Positions 14,820 through 26,700 of a stretch of 64,000 bases of DNA are shown in pieces (position 1 is the first letter of the stretch; each line of letters begins with the position of its first letter). This DNA comes from the human T2T-CHM13v2.0 reference genome, Homo sapiens. The stretch lies in the NCBI RefSeq assembly GCF_009914755.1, contig NC_060935.1. One strand, written 5' to 3'. The notes beneath the pieces are model-generated. The model worked only from the letters and a program-made list of their open reading frames with translations. It ran no database searches and was not told where the DNA came from. The translations under genes and the position numbers were made by a program.

Positions 14820-15010
14820 CGATGAAGTGGAAAGAACATAGGTTGGACTCCAAGTCAGGCACAGTTGGGTTTGAGTCCCATTTCTGCTGCTTCTTAGCTG
14901 TGAGATGTTAGTTTTTGTGAGCTTCCATTTCCTTCTCCGTAAGACAGGATAAGGCCTGTCTCGCAGGAATGACATGCAGTATGAAGTGAGATGATGTGGG
15001 AAGCGCAGGT
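14820..15010 (+). mobile_element. MIR SINE
   Basis: gtggaaagaacatagg...ttgggtttgagtcccatttctgctgcttcttagctgtgag...gagcttccatttccttctccgtaagacagg. Confidence 0.6.
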
Positions 15011-15020
15011 GAAGGCCTTT

Positions 15021-15172
15021 GCTGCTCAGCGTGGTCTGTGGACCAGTGGCACCAGCACCATCTGGGAGCTTCTTAGAAATACAGAATCCCAGGCCCTGCC
15101 TGCTGGATCAGGTCTTCCTTTTAACGGTATAGCCAAGTCATTGTTATGCACATTGCATTTTGAAAAGCACTG
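15021..15172. mobile_element. MER5A-like hAT-Charlie MITE
   Basis: gtggtctgtggaccag...agcaccatctgggagcttcttagaaatacagaatcccaggccc...ttatgcacattgcattttgaaaagcactg. Confidence 0.65.
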
Positions 15173-16188
15173 CTCTCGACAAACTGAACTGCCCTGAGTT
15201 CTAAATGGGCACCTTAAAACAGCTCTGGCGAGGATACTTTATGAATTGCTGGCTATCTAACCAGATAAGAGAACAAATACTTGATTGCGCTTACCGCCTT
15301 TTCTATAGGCTAGCATTCTAGGGTGCTGGCACTTTCCCGCGTGTGTGCTGTATTTAAAAATAAAAAGTTATCCTCCCACCCAGCTTTCCAGGAAGGCTCT
15401 GAGGAAAATGGACACCTCTGCACACCACGCCTCCCATTTCCATAGCCAGCATCCCCTCTTCCCCACCCCAGCCTCACTACTCTTGAGGAAGGGGGTAAGG
15501 AGAGGGCTAAGTGGCCTTTCCTAGGAGGCTGGCTGGCTTTCTGCTTCTGGGAGGCTACAGTTCCACCGCAGAAATGTGCAGGTAGCATGTTTATCTTTGA
15601 ATCCAAGCCTGTGGGGGACCATCATCCATTACAAGGAGTGGGGTGGAATTGTGAACTATTCAGAAGAGCAGCAAGCCAATGGGAACATGTCTAGGACCGG
15701 GGAAGCCTTGTAGTTTTTCTTAAGCACACTGCCACGCTTCAGGCCAGCCCTTCTGGGCCACGTTGGTAACAGCAAGCATGGTCTCTGGAAAGCCTTGTGG
15801 GAACCTCCCTACCCCTCCTGCTGGCAATTAGGCACTTCTCTGTTCGTCCATACCACCCTGTGAATAATTTATTTGTATCCTACAGTTTATATATTAAGTT
15901 ATAATCAGTTTACTTGACAACTACTTCTCCACTCCAAAAAAAAAAAACAAAAAAAACACACAAAAAAAACCTACAATTTTTTAGGAAGGGGACTAGGTCT
16001 TCCATTTTTTATTCTCTCAGTGTTTGTTATTTTATCAGCCTTGTAATAAGTGTTTATTAAATGCTTGGGGAATGAATCAATGAATGAATGAAGCAATCAT
16101 CAATCAACAAGGAACAGATCTGCAAGACTAGATTTAAAAAAAAAAAAAGGAAAAAAAGAATGTTGAAAAATCTGTTCTCTGCCCTCAG

Positions 16189-16464
16189 GATTGCTGCTGG
16201 GGAAGGAGCACCATGAGCATGCCTCTGCCCCACTGCTGCCACCCCCACCCACCTCAGCACTGTCCTCCATAGCCTCCACTACGGCAGCCAGCAGTGCCCA
16301 CGCCAAGACAGGCAGCAAGGACAGCAGCACACAGACTGACAAGAGTGCCGAGCTCTTCTGGCCCAGCATGGCCTCCCTTCCCAGCCGCGGCCGGCTGAGC
16401 ACGACCCCTGCTCACAGCCCCGTCCTGAAACACCCAGCGGCCAAAGGGACCGCAGAGAAACTGG
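16189..16464 (+). CDS. AMOTL1: AMOTL1 penultimate coding exon (GLLLGKEHHEHASAPLLPPPP...KDSSTQTDK...KGTAEKL; approx. aa 830-921)
   Basis: tctgttctctgccctcag acceptor, G|GTATGT donor, 276 nt, phase 1-1. Contains the angiomotin-family HAKTGSKDSSTQTD motif. Confidence 0.95.
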
Positions 16465-17052
16465 GTATGTGGGCTACCCCACCTTGATGCCCCTGAAAAC
16501 TGTGGAACTGTCTGGCCTAAGAGAATCTTTTGTTGAGCTAGAGAGGAAGCAGGGGCACCCATCAGCTCTTACTCTATGGGGATGCTATTCTAATGCACTT
16601 AGGATATGTGTGCCCTTTCTTATTACGGGAATAAATATGCATATAGACACATCTAGTTTATTACTATTTGAAATGAGTGCACGGCTTGAGACTACCCTGG
16701 CAATGCATACTTTTTAACTAACCTTTCCCCGGATGGAGTGACAACAGACCCTCTAAGGGGCTGAATGCCCTCTGGTATGTTTGGGAGCCAGAATTAGGCA
16801 CCAGGTACATCAAAGGCACAAGTTCACTGTTGCCTTCAGGGCTCTAACTTACCAGGGATTCTGGCCTCAGTGGAGGACATTGTGATGGAAGGAGAAGGTA
16901 GATTGACCTGCAGAGTCGGTTAACGTGTGGCACAGCACTTGGGCCAGGACTAACGAGCTGTTTAAAATATTTACGGGAAGACAACTTGGGAGAGGTGATC
17001 TTTGCAGTGAGTCCCTAAGTGTCCTGGGTAAGAATAGACCTGGCCTCTTAAG

Positions 17053-17187
17053 GCACTCCTCTTAAGCAAAGGAGTACCATGGCCATGGTCAGTGGGATCC
17101 CACAAATGTTCTTAAATGGGTAAGGCTTTAAGTAGCCAGAGAGTACCCAGCCTACCATTGGCTTCTCCACATCCTAAAACCTGAGAC
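17053..17187 (+). repeat. 135-bp dispersed direct duplication, intronic copy
   Basis: 132/135 identical to 21944-22078. Differences at 17082, 17087 and 17146. Confidence 0.95.
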
Positions 17188-17679
17188 TAATCATGGTCAT
17201 GGGGACCTCCCTTTTCAGGAATTCTTTTGAGGAGGTGCAGGCTCTGTGGGCCCTAAGTTAACTGTTTCCTCCAAGGGGGTTGTTTATTTCATTTTTCAAA
17301 GTAGACAAGTAAATACAATGTTGTCACTTTTTAAAGATGTGATTCTTTTCCAAGTAAGCCAGAGAACCTGTCAAAAGTGCCTAGCTCAGAATATGCACCT
17401 GATAGTTTTGAGTAGAGGGTGTGAGGGGCTCCTGTACAGAGTCCCACTGTCATCCTCACCTTCTGAATCCTCTCCCTTCACCATCCTGGTTTGTATTTGT
17501 GTCTGAATCCTGGCCCAGTCATTCTGCATGTTCCCACTGTGGGCTGGATCATCTCACATGCCCTGTGGTGAGAATCCTGGGTGTGCAGTGGTATCGGACG
17601 TGGGTCCATTTTAGAGAACCTGGAAAGCCTATGCCCCTCCTGAGGAATGGGCAGCTGATGTTTCCCCTCTATTTGGCAG

Positions 17680-17786
17680 AGAACTCTCCTGGCCATGGGA
17701 AGTCGCCTGACCACAGAGGCCGGGTCAGCAGCTTGCTGCACAAGCCCGAGTTCCCTGATGGAGAGATGATGGAAGTCCTCATCTAA
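17680..17786 (+). CDS. AMOTL1: AMOTL1 last coding exon (ENSPGHGKSPDHRGRVSSLLHKPEFPDGEMMEVLI*), C-terminal PDZ-binding motif
   Basis: tttcccctctatttggcag acceptor, TAA at 17784-17786. The EVLI terminus matches the angiomotin-family PDZ-binding end. Confidence 0.96.
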
Positions 17787-20765
17787 CTGCCATCCCTGTG
17801 GAATTTCAGTACAGAACACTGACAAACAAGGAAAGCGGCAGAGAAAGAAGAAAGACCTAGAAGGTTGTAGATGGGAAATCAGGAATGATTTGAACTGATA
17901 AAGATTTCAGACTCATAAGAACACATTTTATAAATGTTAAACACAAAAACTACATGACTGAAGATAGAAGAGAATGCGATGGATTTTATTACACATGGTG
18001 GAAGAGAGAAGAGGCGTGTAGGTTTGCAAACAAAGTTAAGAAATAGGAAACTGAATTTTTCATTGTACAGAAAATGTATCTCTTGGGGAGGGCCTGTGTA
18101 CCCCCATTCTCTGATTATAAACAGATAAACCCAAATGTGGATCATCCTTGGAATACCCCCATTCTCCTTGCCTCTTAGCATGTTTGATTTAAGAAAAGCC
18201 TCCAGGAAATCTTGAGAGCCTGTCTTGGCATAATGCAGTGTCACCTGTGCCAACCATGGGGTGTCCCGTGAGTGTGAGTGTGGCAGTGAGAAGAAGCATC
18301 GAGGGCGAGGGGAATATGAAAGTTGGTCTTCACCTAATTACCTGTTTGGTTTGGATTTTCAAGAGATGATTGGGCTTCTTAGCTTTTCTGAATTCTGCAG
18401 TATTTTCTAAACAGGATAGATTATGATCTCGGTCCCCATCCATCCTAACTTCTGAGTTCATCTCTGTCTCTGCTTTACAGTCTTTAATTTTTTGTTGTTC
18501 CTTCATTTTTTTCTTTTTAATAAGACATAGCAGAATTCCTTAGGTATGGGATTTATGAGACCAGTACCTGAACTGTCATCATTCCTACTGTGTTTGATAG
18601 TGACCAGTAGGACAAAGCCACGTGCCGACTTCCTGGCTGCTTCACCTTTGCATAGCTGGGTTGCAGCTGCGAACCTCATTCTGACTGTGAACTAAGCAAG
18701 CTTTGAGGAGGCAGGAGATTCCGTGGGTCCCTGTGACATATTGCATTAAGATCGTGGCACTTGCTTTTTTGTCTTTCACATCGGCTGTCTTGCAAGGAGC
18801 TTGACATTTCCAAATTCCATTGCTCTGTTTGGGGAAGACTTAGGACAGCACTCCAGGAAACAGATGACAATTTACAGACAGTTGTCTCAGTGGTTTCCAG
18901 AATCTCACCAGCCTCCCGTATAGCTTCTTGTATTGAGGCTCATGAGCGTATTCACACTCTTTCCTCCCCCGCGCACGCCTCTGCTTGCTCTCGATCAGCA
19001 TCCAGACCTCCGTGGCACCAGGTTGCCTCTGTTGTGAACTTCTTTTGTAACCTACCAGGCCAGTTGTATATACAGTGTTGTCAGGTTTTTCCGGGTTTCA
19101 GTTTTGAGGCAGTTTATTCAAAGTGAGACAGAAGTGCCACGGAAAAGAGGCAGGAGTGTGTTAGGTGGTGGGTCCATTAGACCTCTGCTGTGACATTGCA
19201 TATTCAGCTCTGCAGACACTGGCTTCCTTTACAAATCTAAGAGATGCTGGATTAGAAAAGAGGAGAAGCTCATCGGGCCATCAGAGAGATGCTCCTACAG
19301 GGTCCTGATGTTTTTGTACCTCCAGGTCAGCTGGATCGCTGTTTTCCCAGTTCCCTTTGCTCATGCTTACTTAGAGGAAGAAAGAAAGGGGGGTACCTCT
19401 TCCAAGTACCTTCTAAATGAAACACTCAAGAGAGTGCTACTCAGGAAACTTTGCTTGGATCCTAAAATGGACTGGTCTTGGGTGTGTAACCCCGGTGAAG
19501 TTATAGCCTCCCCAAATTGAGGTGACAGAAGGAAGACAAGAGGTGTAAGCTGGAGAGGGAAGGGAAGAAATCAGTGGCTTTGGCCAGCCTCTGTGCCACC
19601 CAGTACGACAGAGGAGTGGGAACTGGCCCTCTGGGGCTCTGCTTGGCCATAGGCACTGCACATTGTGCCACCTGCTCATCACCTCCTCTAGTCTCACACT
19701 GAGCATCGGAGTACCTGTTGTGCAGACAGGAAAACTGAGGAGCTCTGAGAGGCTGAGCATGGAGCTCACCCCATGCCATAGGGTGTGGGAAGAGGGCACA
19801 GGAGGCCTCATCCATGGGGGAAAGGGTTGAGGATGGACATGGGTGGGGAGAGGGCATAGACATCCCTTCCTAATCTCTGTTCCCACCACATTTCATAGGA
19901 GATGAGTTAGGAGATGACAGCTAACTCTCTTAAGGACATTTTGACCCCAGTTTATGTTGGGGATGGACCAGAAAGGAAAATGTCTAGAGATAGGAAGGTA
20001 AATCAACTCTGCCAGCCCCTACCATCAGGTCTGGGCCACCCCAAACTTGGGCTGCCTCCCTTAGACATAGGTTAGAGTGAGAGACCCAGCTGTTTCTCCC
20101 GAAGCCTCGTCTTCATGCCCCAGACACCTGATTGCCCCAATCAGGTGTCAGACTTGCTTGCTCTTCGAGGTCCCCCTGAGCTGCCAAGTGTTTTCATTGT
20201 AAACAGACACATCGCCATGTTTCAGGGCTTCAACGGCATTGTATTTTGGACTTTGACCGTATTTTTTTTCTCTTAACCTACTGAGACTCTTCCTTAAGAA
20301 CAGGATCTATAGCTTTAAAATGTCTTCTTCTATGGGAAATTTCCTGCCAAGCCAGGGCACTAAATTCTTTCATCATTAGAGCTTTCCTGAAGTCCGGCCA
20401 TATACTGAGTACCTGCTCTGAGTTCTGGGCAGCTTACAATATCTTAAACAGATTTTCAGAAAAATAATGCAACTATATTTTCTAGTGTCAACTGTATGCA
20501 AACAGTGTGGTAAATACCTTTTAATTAGTCCTCCACCCACCTGGAGTACAGGGGGTGCGTTTATTATTCTGATTTCACTGATGAGGAAATGGGCTCAGAA
20601 AGGTTAAGTCCCTTCCTGAAATCTCACAGCCAGGAGAAGCTAGGATGATTTAAAACAAAGTTTGGAGAGGCACTGGGCATAGACCCTGGCTGTACAGCCT
20701 CTAACATGCGGCACTGCATCTTGGCAGTCTCTATGCCTGTCTGTGATGTGTGTGTGCACGTGTAA

Positions 20766-20768
<3 letters not shown>

Positions 20769-20804
<36 letters not shown>
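20769..20804. repeat. (CA)n microsatellite in the 3'UTR
   Basis: About 18 CA units. Confidence 0.9.
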
Positions 20805-20805
<1 letters not shown>

Positions 20806-21943
20806 CTATCACACATCTCAGAGCCTAAGAAATAGGACTAAGCCCAGAACTCCTAGAATCACCTATAAATGCTAGGCATAGATGGAAATTATTGTGTTCC
20901 ACCAGAAGCACAGCTCCAAACTATACCTAAAAAATATTTCTGCACTTCCCAGAGACCTGGACTTCAAACTTTCCCAGTGGAGCCTGATTATAGAACTTGA
21001 GGGTCCTATCTCAGGATGAAGGGGAGAGGCCCTGGCTTCACGGGAAGGTATTCCAGCATTGTTCTGCTTCACCCTTGACTGCGTTGTCTGGCAGTTTCTG
21101 TGTGCTGCCAGGATATTATATGGAACTGGAGAAGTTGGAGTCAGGTCTCTGAAGCTAGAGTTTCACTAATTAGATGCCTCTGTACATGAGAACTATTACT
21201 GTCTGCAGGTCCATATAGCTAAGCTGCCAGGAAAAACACATTATCTTCCAAAACTTTCAGAGCATGTGCAGAACCCTTTCTTAGCGTTTTCTTCTCAGCA
21301 TTTTCTCTGCCTCCCAGAGGCTGGCAGCCAGTGACACTGCAGAGTTCAGCATGTTCTAACCATGCACGCAGGGCAGGGGCTGCCTTGGCCCTCCTCAGGC
21401 TTTCGTTGGGAGAGCAGGCAGTGGTGGAGCCCTTCTGGGTGCAGTCCTCTGGGGTTGCTCTTTGGAACTCATGTATGAGTTTGACTCCACAAGGCTTGGC
21501 ATGGATACCAAAACAGTTGCAACAAATTAGTTCTGAACCTGGAACAGAGAATTCAGTGCTTCTGTTACTCAGGAAGGAGGTGTTCAGAATGCCCCGTGCA
21601 GAGCAGCCAGTCATTACTCTTGTTTGTTCTCACCTGGGTGCGCACCCTCATGATGCAGTGGCTGTAGCACCTTCATGCCAGGTGCTGAGAGAATGGGAAA
21701 TTCTTCCTCCCCATTGACCTGAGTCCCAGAGACTTAGGGACACAGACTTCAGGTGAGGCTGCGGACCTCAGAAGCAGTGGATAATAGATTGGGGCATTAA
21801 AAGCTTTTGAGGCAGGGGGCTCATGTTTTGACTGCAGGGAGTTATGCTGAGCAAAGAGATGTGTTTTTCAAAACCAGGGTTCAAAACCAGTGTCCACGCT
21901 GGAGTAAGTGGAGCATGCTTCTCTGTGTTCTCTGAATGATCTT

Positions 21944-22078
21944 GCACTCCTCTTAAGCAAAGGAGTACCATGACCATAGTCAGTGGGATCCCACAAATGT
22001 TCTTAAATGGGTAAGGCTTTAAGTAGCCAGAGAGTATCCAGCCTACCATTGGCTTCTCCACATCCTAAAACCTGAGAC
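21944..22078 (+). repeat. 135-bp dispersed direct duplication, 3'UTR copy
   Basis: 132/135 identical to 17053-17187, offset 4891 bp. Confidence 0.95.
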
Positions 22079-23617
22079 AGCCTTGGTATATGCTTTATAA
22101 ATGTTTCTTTTCTTGTTGTTTAAGTAATTAAAGTGTTTAAAATGTCTTCATTAGATGTGACGATTGTTTAATGAGTTTGCCTCTGACGTGTGGCTCCATG
22201 GGAGATAGGCAAAGTAATTAAGAAGTTACCAGAAATTGGTCGGCTGGGGAAATGCAAAAGTTAGCATTTCAGTAGTGAATTTCTCCTGGAACAAATGAGC
22301 AATTTTTCCTCTTTCTCTTAAGTAGTATACCCTTTTCTCACTTAGTAATTTAATGGTATATAAAGACATGTGTATAAGTGAGTGCATACATATGAGGTAT
22401 GACTATAGGGTTGTTTGTGGGAATTTCTTTTCCTAACATACAGAAGATCAAAGTGTTCATCTCACCCCGCCCTCCTTAAAAGGTGTCTTTTGGGAGACTA
22501 TGTGCTCATTGACTATAGTGCTGCCAAGTAAAAATATCTTGGGAACTCTTCTACTAGAATGGCCTTCAGGGCTTGGCATGTTCCTTTGGTTTACCCTTAG
22601 AGATGAGAAATCCTCCTCCTTTGAGGATGGATTTAAGTTCTGGAAATAATCTCAAGTGCTTGATAGCACAGTTGGATGAAAAAAGATGGCAATTAAGGTA
22701 AGTTACACCATTTTTGTTTCTAAAAAAATCCCTAAGAAATTTCTTGGAATGAGTCTTTGGCCTCAGAGCCTCTCAAAGTGTCCACTTCAAGGGGGGATCA
22801 TCCTCATTAGCACACAGATTTTTAAAAATCAATTCTCTTGCCATGCCTCCTATGTGTTCACATCTCTGCATACACTACAGATATAAGTGCATAATCATTC
22901 ATATAAACATCTGGTAGGTATTCTGTAAAACTGTGTTTACTTTAGTGCATGTTATTGTCATGTTATGATGTGACTGGGGTGTTTCTTTGTCATGAAACTT
23001 TGCTTCTTCACAGAATTAGAATACTGCTCTCTCTATATTGAACTACATATACAGCGTTTTCTTGTATCAGCCCCCAAAGTCTGGATGCCCGGTGTTGTGT
23101 TTACATGTGATTGTGCCTAGGAGTCTGTTCACATAGAGACACCTGTAAGTATTTATTACAAAACGGAATGTAAGCAAATATATCCACATTGGTTTTATTT
23201 GAATCAAGGTGTTTTTTTGTTTTTTGTTTTTTTTCCTTTTGAGGAGGAACAGGGAGCCTCCTCCTCCATGAGCACTTACAGAATTGTGTAAAATTCTGTG
23301 AAACAGTGGTAAGCATGGGCACCCGATTTCAGCTGTCCTGCTGCCGCTGCCCTCCAACCTGCTCTGTGTGTGTGTGTCGCTGTGCTTGGTGGCAGTGTGC
23401 CGTGCTCGTGCCGGCTCTTCCCAGCAGACTGGTATCTGGCTGTAACGTTTGACGTCTTCATATTGCCAGTCTGTATTGAGGGGTGATGTACATGGCCATA
23501 CAGCCAAATGGGTCTGTGTACCAGTGTGGGGATTCCAAGAACACTGCCTGTCCCCCACAGCAAATATTGATGCTGTTGGTCAGCCAAAGATTTTCCTCTC
23601 CTTTGCTGCTTAAACTT

Positions 23618-23625
23618 GTGCCTTA
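23618..23625 (+). promoter_or_regulatory. miR-124-3p 8mer seed site (GTGCCTTA)
   Basis: Exact 8mer match. AMOTL1 is, to my knowledge, a reported miR-124 target. Confidence 0.65.
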
Positions 23626-23636
23626 ATATTGTACAT

Positions 23637-23642
23637 AATAAA
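23637..23642 (+). terminator. Polyadenylation signal AATAAA (proximal of the pair)
   Basis: Canonical hexamer with upstream TGTA and a downstream T/C-rich tract. Confidence 0.7.
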
Positions 23643-23716
23643 TGGATAAAATGGCAAAATGACTCTTTTCTCTCGCTTGCTCCTTTCTTCCTTAAAGAAC
23701 TTATAAACTGATGCTC

Positions 23717-23722
23717 AATAAA
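23717..23722 (+). terminator. Polyadenylation signal AATAAA (distal of the pair)
   Basis: Canonical hexamer followed by GT/T-rich downstream sequence (tgttttgcttc). Confidence 0.55.
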
Positions 23723-26700
23723 TGTTTCATTTCATTGTACCCCACTTAATGTTTTGCTTCAGAGGCCCTCGGCTCCCCCCTTGTGGGCCTCACGCTGACA
23801 CCAACACGCAGCTCTTGACTCTGAGGAGGAAATGAATCATCCAGACCATCGCAGCTTGCAGCCCGCCCACTCCTGGCTCCTCCAGACAAATAAGGAGAAA
23901 GGAAACGCAGGGAGACTGTGTGCCTGGGTGTCCACTTTGATCACATGTGAGTGTCCACTTTTGAGGTTCCTTAGTTCAGAGCCTGCAAATGATCACTGTA
24001 AACTGGCTCTGTCTCAGGAATTCACCCAGGCAGCCTGGAGTCAGCCATGGCTCTCTGAGCCTGAGGATGGAAATGGGAGATGGGAGCTGTTTTGTCAGTG
24101 TCTTGGGGTCACAGGAGAAGAAAGCGGGACTTTGGTGGGAAGGAGTCACACGGTAAATGGGCGAAATCCAGGCCAGGAGCCTCAGAGACTGAAGCAGAAC
24201 AGAGTAAGACTCATGAGAATCTCCACATGAAGGCCCCTCCCCTGGGATCACTGTGTTTAAGAGAGAGTGGTTCCTGCTGTTTATTCTCTGGTCATGCCTT
24301 TTCAGCGAAAGCCTGTCTCCTCACCCACCCCCAGCCCTAGCATAGGAAAAGCTTCCTTGATGTGAGCTCTGGGGGAGTGTGAAGGATGCATCTCTAGCCC
24401 CCGAGTAATCATCAGTGTGATTTATATGCATTATCTTCTTCAGTCACAACAACCTCGTCATCATCCCCACTTTAAACCCCAGGAGACTGAAACTCAAACA
24501 ACCCTGGGCAAGTAATGTGCAAAAGATGGCAGGGTGGGGATTTGAACCCAGGTCTACCTGTTGCAGAGTCAAGGGACTTGCATGTGCAAGTTGGGTGGAT
24601 GCTGGGAGGCAGGAGGCTCATGCTCCTGTCTGCCTGGCTTCTTGTCTGTCCTGCTTCTACCCCGAGGACTCCTCTGCAGGGAGCGCCATCTGTGTGCGTG
24701 TGCAAATATGACTCAATTCACGTAAAGATGCACTCTTGCAGCTCCCCAGCCTCTACCTGTCAGGATGACTCCAGGAAGACAGCTGGAGTACTGCATTTGT
24801 GTTTAGGGTTTGTATGACCCTTCCGAGTTGTCACCTTCCCACGCTGATCCCACATGTGTACATCATGCGAGCCACCCCCTGAGCTCTGACCTTTCTCTTG
24901 GCCCCTTGTACACCCCAGGAGAGAAGTTCTCAATCCCAGCAGTTCTTTGTAGTCATTCCAAGTGGTACACGTCTGTGCCCTGAAGGAACACTGGCCTCCA
25001 TTCTGACATCTGGGCTGGGGCCTCAGGAACCACAAGAGATAGCAATGTGTTTTAAGTTGCGCAGGCCCATCGTGATAAGGAATTAGGTCACAAATGGGAA
25101 ATAAATCAGAAGCAATGAAATTCCTTTCTTAAAGTTCTGTGTTGTCAAAATAAAAGAAGCTTTCTGTCATAAAAAAATGTCATTATGGTTTACTGTTTCT
25201 GTTGCCTTTTTATCAAGCATGACAGGGTATCTTTGATGTGCTTCCTTTATCTGCCTCTGTTCCTGGCAGGTAGACATCCCGAGACCATTCCAAGTGAGCC
25301 AGGACTCCCTCTCTTGGTGAGTCTATCATCCTCAAAGTTCCTCTCTTTTTAGAATATTGAGAGATATATAGGTAATTTTTTAAATTGAATCTGGAGTTTA
25401 TGGGAACCTGGGAAGCCCTCCATATCTGATGTGGAGTTCTATCAAAGGGTAACTCTCCCCAAGTTTTTGGAGACTCATAATGTGTATACAGATAATATAA
25501 GGATCATAGACTACATCGTTGAGTGCTTTGGAGTATAGTAATATGAATTATAGTCCTATTGTTAGAAACTAACAGTGCCTAACTTTGTGTCCTGATGGGT
25601 TTTGCCTCTCTGAATGTGCAAGGGAGGCAGGATCTAAGTTTTATTGAATTGGCTTTGGAATAATATTTCATCTTAAGAACCCCAGAGGTAGGTATTATGG
25701 GACATTATTACCCCTGCACGTCAAATGAGGAAACAGACTCAAGAGAAGTGAGGTGTGCACTTGGGCTCTGCAGTAGAAGCCAGGCCTGCTCATTTCTAAA
25801 GCTTTTGTTCTCTCTCTGCACTGAATTGTTGCCTTTGACTTTAGTTGTGTGTTTTTGTTTTTTTTTATGGTTTGCTTGTGTTTGTTTTTAATCGCTCTAA
25901 AGAGAATTGGTAAGCAGATGGCTAACTGAAAAAAACATTATTGAGGCCCTTGTTGGAAATGTGACTTTTTTTTCGGCCAAAGTCATATACCGGACAGAAA
26001 GTCTGGATCAGTAGCTCTGGTCCGTGAGATGTATACTTAATCTTTACCTGCTAGATTTTGTTTACTAACATTCACCTGGTAGGTAGCATGGTGGAGAAGG
26101 GACCAACAGGCAGAAGCTGTGTCAGGTCTGCACAGGGGCTGGGGACCTGCTCTTGGTTTTCCCCAGATACCTTGTGAAGCCACAGAACTTGTGGCCCAGG
26201 AGTGCTGAGTGTAAAATGGAAGTGTCTGTGAGTCTAATGAAATTCTTGATTGTACCTGACAGGCATCTATGCCTGGTTTCCCGATCACCTGAACCTTGGT
26301 GCCTTCCCTTCCATATACATGGCTCTGCTTCTGCCCCATCTACTCAGTCATCTCTGCTAGGGTCCCCAGTCACCTTGGGCTCCTCCCCCACTCTCTCCTT
26401 TAGCTAGTTGGTCACCTGTTCCTGCCTACTTCACCCTCCCATGTTGCTTCTGTACTTTTATTTTCTCCATCCCCATGGCCTTAGTTCAAGACTTCATCTC
26501 TCGCATGGACAATTACAGTAGCCTTCTGCCTACTGTCTCATCCTACTCTATTCTTGACAAGGACACCAGAGAAACAAGAGTAATAATGACATTGATTCAT
26601 TGTCATTATGCACCCAACCTCCCGTGAGCCTTTCCCATATTAGCACATTGAATTCTTACAATCACTGTTATTATAGTTCCATTGTACTGATGGAGAAACT

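Larger units (their letters stand above)
17787..23745 (+). other. AMOTL1: AMOTL1 long 3'UTR (~5.9 kb; end approximate)
   Basis: Follows the stop codon, is repeat-poor and ends at AATAAA hexamers followed by U/GU-rich sequence. Consistent with my recollection of the long AMOTL1 mRNA. Confidence 0.75.

Noticed and set aside
17421-17679. In-frame upstream extension of the last exon (ORF 17421-17786) as a separate gene or longer exon
   Set aside because: A good acceptor at 17678-17679 in the correct phase explains the exon. The upstream open frame has no angiomotin similarity and is compatible with chance.
17784-17825. Stop-codon readthrough masking the PDZ-binding motif
   Set aside because: The stop is TAA followed by CTG, not the leaky TGA-CTAG context, and nothing else supports it.
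21944-22081. The 135-bp duplicated block as an H/ACA snoRNA or other ncRNA gene
   Set aside because: The size fits and ACA lies at the end of the UTR copy. However, the intronic copy lacks the ACA, the ANANNA candidate is not at a central hinge, and I see no two-hairpin fold. An Infernal/Rfam search would be needed to revive the idea.
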